Shown here: positions 60,604 to 64,000 of the stretch, piece after piece
How the letters are laid out: the number at the start of each line of letters is the position of its first letter
Numbering within the stretch: the first letter of the stretch is position 1
Assembly: GCA_965261475.1 (NCBI GenBank)
Contig: OZ253454.1
Span: 1,516,086-1,580,085, forward strand
Reading direction: 5' to 3'
Source of the DNA: a bacterium
GTDB lineage: Bacteria > SAR324 > XYD2-FULL-50-16 > G965216635
DNA length: 64,000 nucleotides
The notes under the pieces: generated by a model
Told to the model about the DNA's origin: nothing
Database searches by the model: none
The model's input: the letters and a program-made list of their open reading frames with translations, nothing else
Program-made: the position numbers and the translations under genes

Positions 60604-63600
60604 ATGACAGAATTACCTTTAATAATATCCAAAAATTATATTTATTATAAAATTTTTGTTTTGCTATTTTGTAGCCTCTTTATTCTTGCTTGTAGTAATG
60701 ATGTAGGTGCACCAACAACAAACATTACAGATGTTGCGCTACACTCACTTGAGCGGTCTGTCAACACAAAAGAAGGAGAAACTTTTAGATTTGTCTTTGA
60801 GTTAAATAAAACAAGCATCAAAGATGTTGTTTTTGATTGGTACTTACAGCATCACTCAACTAGCGCAGATGATTTTACGGGAGCCCTAGCAGGTACAAAG
60901 AGGATTATAGCAGGAAGCACTACTACAGATATTGTCATTGATACTAGTGATGATAACATCTATGAAGGCAATGAGAGCTTTACTTTGAGTATCATCAATG
61001 TTATAAGAGCCGTCCCTGATAGTTTATCAGTAGTTGCTAGCATTATAGATAAAGATCAACCAATTATTTTGTTTAAGCAAGATAACACCGCACTAGAGGC
61101 TGCTAGCTTCAACTATAGGCTACGATTAAATAAAGCAAGCATCAAAGATGTCGTTTTTGATTGGTTCATACAACATCACTCAACTAGCACAGGTGATTTT
61201 AGAGGAGCCCTAGCAGGCTCACAGCTGATTAGAGCAGGAAGCACCACGGCAACTATTAGCATTGATACTAGTGATGATACTATCTACGAGGGCAACGAGG
61301 ACTTTACCTTACATATTACCAATGTTACAGGAGCTACCCCTGATAGTTTATTAGTAGATAGCAGTATTATAGATGATCAAGATAAACCAATTATTTCGTT
61401 TAAGCAAGATAGCACTACCACAGAGGGTGCTAGTCTCAGCTACAGCTTGCAATTAAATCAAGCAAGTGCTCTAGATGCTAGCTTTGATTGGTACTTGCAG
61501 CATAGCTCAACTAGCACAGGTGATTTTAGAGGAGCCCTAGCAGGCTCACAGCTAATTAGAGCAGGAGATACTACAGCAACTATTAGCATTGATACCAGTG
61601 ATGATAATATTTACGAGGGCAACGAGGACTTTACCTTACATATTACCAATGTTATAGGAGCTACCCCTGACGCTCTAGTTGCAAGTGGTAGCATTATAGA
61701 AAATGACCCTCAACCAACCATTGTCTTTGAGCAAGCAACTATCGTTGCTCTAGAGGGTAATATGCTCGTCTATAGACTACAATTAAATAGGGTAAGTGTT
61801 GCAGATGTTAGTTTTGATTGGTACTTGCAGCATAGCTCAACTAGCAGCAGTGATTTTAGAGGAGTTACAGCTGGGAGACAGCAGATTAGAGCAGGAGATA
61901 CCACCACAGCTATTAGCATTGATACCAGTGATGATAATATTTACGAGGGCAACGAGGACTTTACCTTACATATTACCAATGTTACAGGAGCTACCCCTGA
62001 CGCTCTAGTTGCAAGTGGTAGCATTATAGAAAATGACCCTCAACCAACCATTGTCTTTGAGCAAGCAACTATCGTTGCTCTAGAGGGTAATATGCTCGTC
62101 TATAGACTACAATTAAATAGGGTAAGTGTTGCAGATGTTAGTTTTGATTGGTACTTGCAGCATAGCTCAACTAGCACTAGTGATTTTAGAGGAGTTACAG
62201 CTGGGAGACAGCAGATTAGAGCAGGAGATACCACCACAGCTATTAGCATTGATACCAGTAATGATACTATTTACGAGGGCAATGAGGATTTTAGCCTCAA
62301 TATTATCAATGTTACGGGAGCTTCTCCTAGTGCTCTAGTAGCAGATGGCAGGATTATAGACAGTGACGTCCAACCAACCATTGACTTTGAGCAAGACTAT
62401 AGTAGCGTAACAGAAGGTGGTAGTTTGAGCTATACTTTGCAACTAACTAATACTAGTACTACAGATATTAGCTTTGATTGGTTAGTGCAACATAGCTCAA
62501 CTAGCACTAGTGATTTTACGGGCATTATAGCAAGCTCACAGAGAATTGCGGCAGGGGATACTACAGCAACTATTAGCATTGATACCAGTAATGATACTAT
62601 TTACGAGGGCAACGAGGACTTTACCTTACATATTACCAATGTTACAGGAGCTACCCCTGACGCTCTAGTTGCAGATGGCAGGATTATAGACAGTGACGTC
62701 CAACCAACCATTGACTTTGAGCAAGACTATAGTAGCGTAACAGAAGGTGGTAGTTTGAGCTATACTTTGCAATTAACTCATACTAGCACTAGAGATATTG
62801 CTTTTGATTGGTACTTGCAGCATAGCTCAACTAGCACTAGTGATTTTACGGGCATTATAGCAGACTCACAGCAGATTAGAGCAGGAGACACCACTACAAC
62901 TATTAGCATTGATACTAGCGATGATAGTATCTATGAGGGTGACGAGAGCTTTGTTTTACATATTACAAATATTCGAGGAGCTACCCCTGATAGACTAGAA
63001 GCAGGTGGCAGGATTATAGACAATGACCCTCAACCAACCATTGACTTTGAGCAAGACTATAGTAGCGTAACAGAAGGTGGTAGTTTGAGCTATACTTTGC
63101 AACTAACTAATACTAGTACTACAGATATTAGCTTTGATTGGTTAGTGCAACATAGCTCAACTAGCACTAGTGATTTTACGAGTGCTATATTCGGCACGCA
63201 GCTGATTAGAGCAGGGGATACTAGTACAACTATTAGCATTGATACTAGTGATGATAGTATCTATGAGACAGATGAGATTTTTACTCTCAATATTATCAAT
63301 GTTATAGGAGCTACCCCTGATAGGCTAGAAGCAAGTGGTAGCATTATAGAAAATGACCCTCAACCAATTATTTCGTTTGAGCAAGATAGCACTGCCACAG
63401 AGGGTGCTAGTCTCAGCTACAGATTGCAATTAAATAAAGCAAGTGCTCTAGATGTCAGCTTTGATTGGTTCGTGCAACATAGCTCAACTAGCACTAGTGA
63501 TTTTACGGGAGCCCTAGCAGGTACAAAGAGGATTAGAGCAGGAAGCACTACCACAGATATTGTTATTGATACCAGTAATGATACTATCTACGAGACAGAT

Positions 63601-64000
63601 GAGATTTTTACCTTAAATATTACAAATATTCGAGGAGCTACCCCTGATAGGCTAGAAGCAGGAGGCAGGATTATAGAAAATGACCCTCAACCAACCATTG
63701 ACTTTGAACAAGACTATAGTAGCGTAACAGAAGGTGGTAGTTTGAGCTATATTTTGCAATTAAACAAAGCAAGCGCCCTAGATGTCAGCTTTGATTGGTA
63801 CTTGCAGCATAGCTCAACTATTGCTGAGGATTTTACGGGAGCCCTAGCAGGTACAAAGAGGATTAGAGCAGGAAGCACTACTACAGACATTGTCATTGAC
63901 ACTAGTGATGACCTCATACCAGAGCTAGCCGAAGATTTTACCTTGCATATTACAAGTATTAGAGGAGCTACTCCTGATAGTTTATCAATGCTTATTATTA
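60604..64000 (+). CDS. large surface lipoprotein made of tandem Calx-beta-like domains (3' end outside the window)
   Basis: ATG at 60604 and a lipobox signal peptide (LFILACSN). I translated frame 1 by hand over about 60.72-61.44 kb and found no stop. The coding-frame anchor motifs recur to the window edge at spacings that are multiples of 3. Each ~109-aa unit carries FDWxxQHxSTSxxDF...AGxTTxTIxIDTSxDxIYEGNExFxL. Confidence 0.85.
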   Translation, partial: MTELPLIISKNYIYYKIFVLLFCSLFILACSNDVGAPTTNITDVALHSLERSVNTKEGETFRFVFELNKTSIKDVVFDWYLQHHSTSADDFTGALAGTKRIIAGSTTTDIVIDTSDDNIYEGNESFTLSIINVIRAVPDSLSVVASIIDKDQPIILFKQDNTALEAASFNYRLRLNKASIKDVVFDWFIQHHSTSTGDFRGALAGSQLIRAGSTTATISIDTSDDTIYEGNEDFTLHITNVTGATPDSLLVDSSIIDDQDKPIISFKQDSTTTEGASLSYSLQLNQASALDASFDWYLQHSSTSTGDFRGALAGSQLIRAGDTTATISIDTSDDNIYEGNEDFTLHITNVIGATPDALVASGSIIENDPQPTIVFEQATIVALEGNMLVYRLQLNRVSVADVSFDWYLQHSSTSSSDFRGVTAGRQQIRAGDTTTAISIDTSDDNIYEGNEDFTLHITNVTGATPDALVASGSIIENDPQPTIVFEQATIVALEGNMLVYRLQLNRVSVADVSFDWYLQHSSTSTSDFRGVTAGRQQIRAGDTTTAISIDTSNDTIYEGNEDFSLNIINVTGASPSALVADGRIIDSDVQPTIDFEQDYSSVTEGGSLSYTLQLTNTSTTDISFDWLVQHSSTSTSDFTGIIASSQRIAAGDTTATISIDTSNDTIYEGNEDFTLHITNVTGATPDALVADGRIIDSDVQPTIDFEQDYSSVTEGGSLSYTLQLTHTSTRDIAFDWYLQHSSTSTSDFTGIIADSQQIRAGDTTTTISIDTSDDSIYEGDESFVLHITNIRGATPDRLEAGGRIIDNDPQPTIDFEQDYSSVTEGGSLSYTLQLTNTSTTDISFDWLVQHSSTSTSDFTSAIFGTQLIRAGDTSTTISIDTSDDSIYETDEIFTLNIINVIGATPDRLEASGSIIENDPQPIISFEQDSTATEGASLSYRLQLNKASALDVSFDWFVQHSSTSTSDFTGALAGTKRIRAGSTTTDIVIDTSNDTIYETDEIFTLNITNIRGATPDRLEAGGRIIENDPQPTIDFEQDYSSVTEGGSLSYILQLNKASALDVSFDWYLQHSSTIAEDFTGALAGTKRIRAGSTTTDIVIDTSDDLIPELAEDFTLHITSIRGATPDSLSMLII
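60721..64000 (+). repeat. tandem coding repeat array, 10 units of 324-330 bp
   Basis: The anchor GATTGG (the DW of FDW) recurs at 60835, 61159, 61486, 61816, 62146, 62476, 62806, 63136, 63463 and 63793. Confidence 0.95.

Noticed and set aside
61796-62338. Two nearly identical 70-aa ORFs in the track (61796..62008 and 62126..62338).
   Set aside because: They lie in frame 2 inside the repeat array, whose real reading frame is frame 1 (the Calx-beta-like lipoprotein from 60604). Their duplication simply reflects the 330-bp DNA repeat.
60721-64000. A regular ~330-bp periodicity that could be mistaken for a CRISPR-like or satellite array.
   Set aside because: The units are contiguous with no unique spacers, are far longer than CRISPR repeats, and translate without stops into a protein domain repeat.

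Overview
This is an AT-rich chromosomal segment (about 25-35% GC on spot-counted lines) from a diderm bacterium. I cannot assign a taxon from sequence alone. About 60 genes are tightly packed on both strands, and most are housekeeping. They include rpoN, transaldolase, a PrpD-family dehydratase, grx-hemE-ilvBN, radA, pyk, ffh, tilS, PBP1A, aroC, dapA, mlaF plus a long MCE protein, moxR and accD. Also present are two LpxL-type acyltransferases, gatB, tRNA-Trp-secE-nusG-rplK-rplA, coaX, proB, scpB, rsfS, murB, tRNA-Lys and tRNA-Glu, lon and an AMIN-domain amidase. No transposase, integrase, CRISPR array or rRNA was seen. Four parts do not look like plain core genome. (1) 33.2-36.5 kb is a compositionally mosaic insert: an ORF-free gap, a GC-rich UMF1-type MFS gene, an internal fragment of an amino-DNA-methyltransferase, a small acidic ORF and an intact wHTH-HNH nuclease. 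I read it as a decayed or rearranged restriction-type locus. (2) From 60.6 kb to the window end runs an open-ended lipoprotein gene built from at least 10 tandem 324-330 bp Calx-beta-like units with patchwork near-identity. (3) 26.6-28.0 kb encodes an MlaF ATPase plus a 473-aa MCE protein with a helical-repeat and beta-rich C-terminus, and no MlaE permease is nearby. (4) Several partial modules stand alone: a pilO/pilP-like pair upstream of accD, three pseudopilin genes upstream of lon, a GcvT/DmdA-like demethylase with MetF, and an AcuI-like reductase with PrpD. All family calls rest on motif recognition by eye from the supplied translations. No database search or folding was run, so starts are approximate and functional links are hypotheses.
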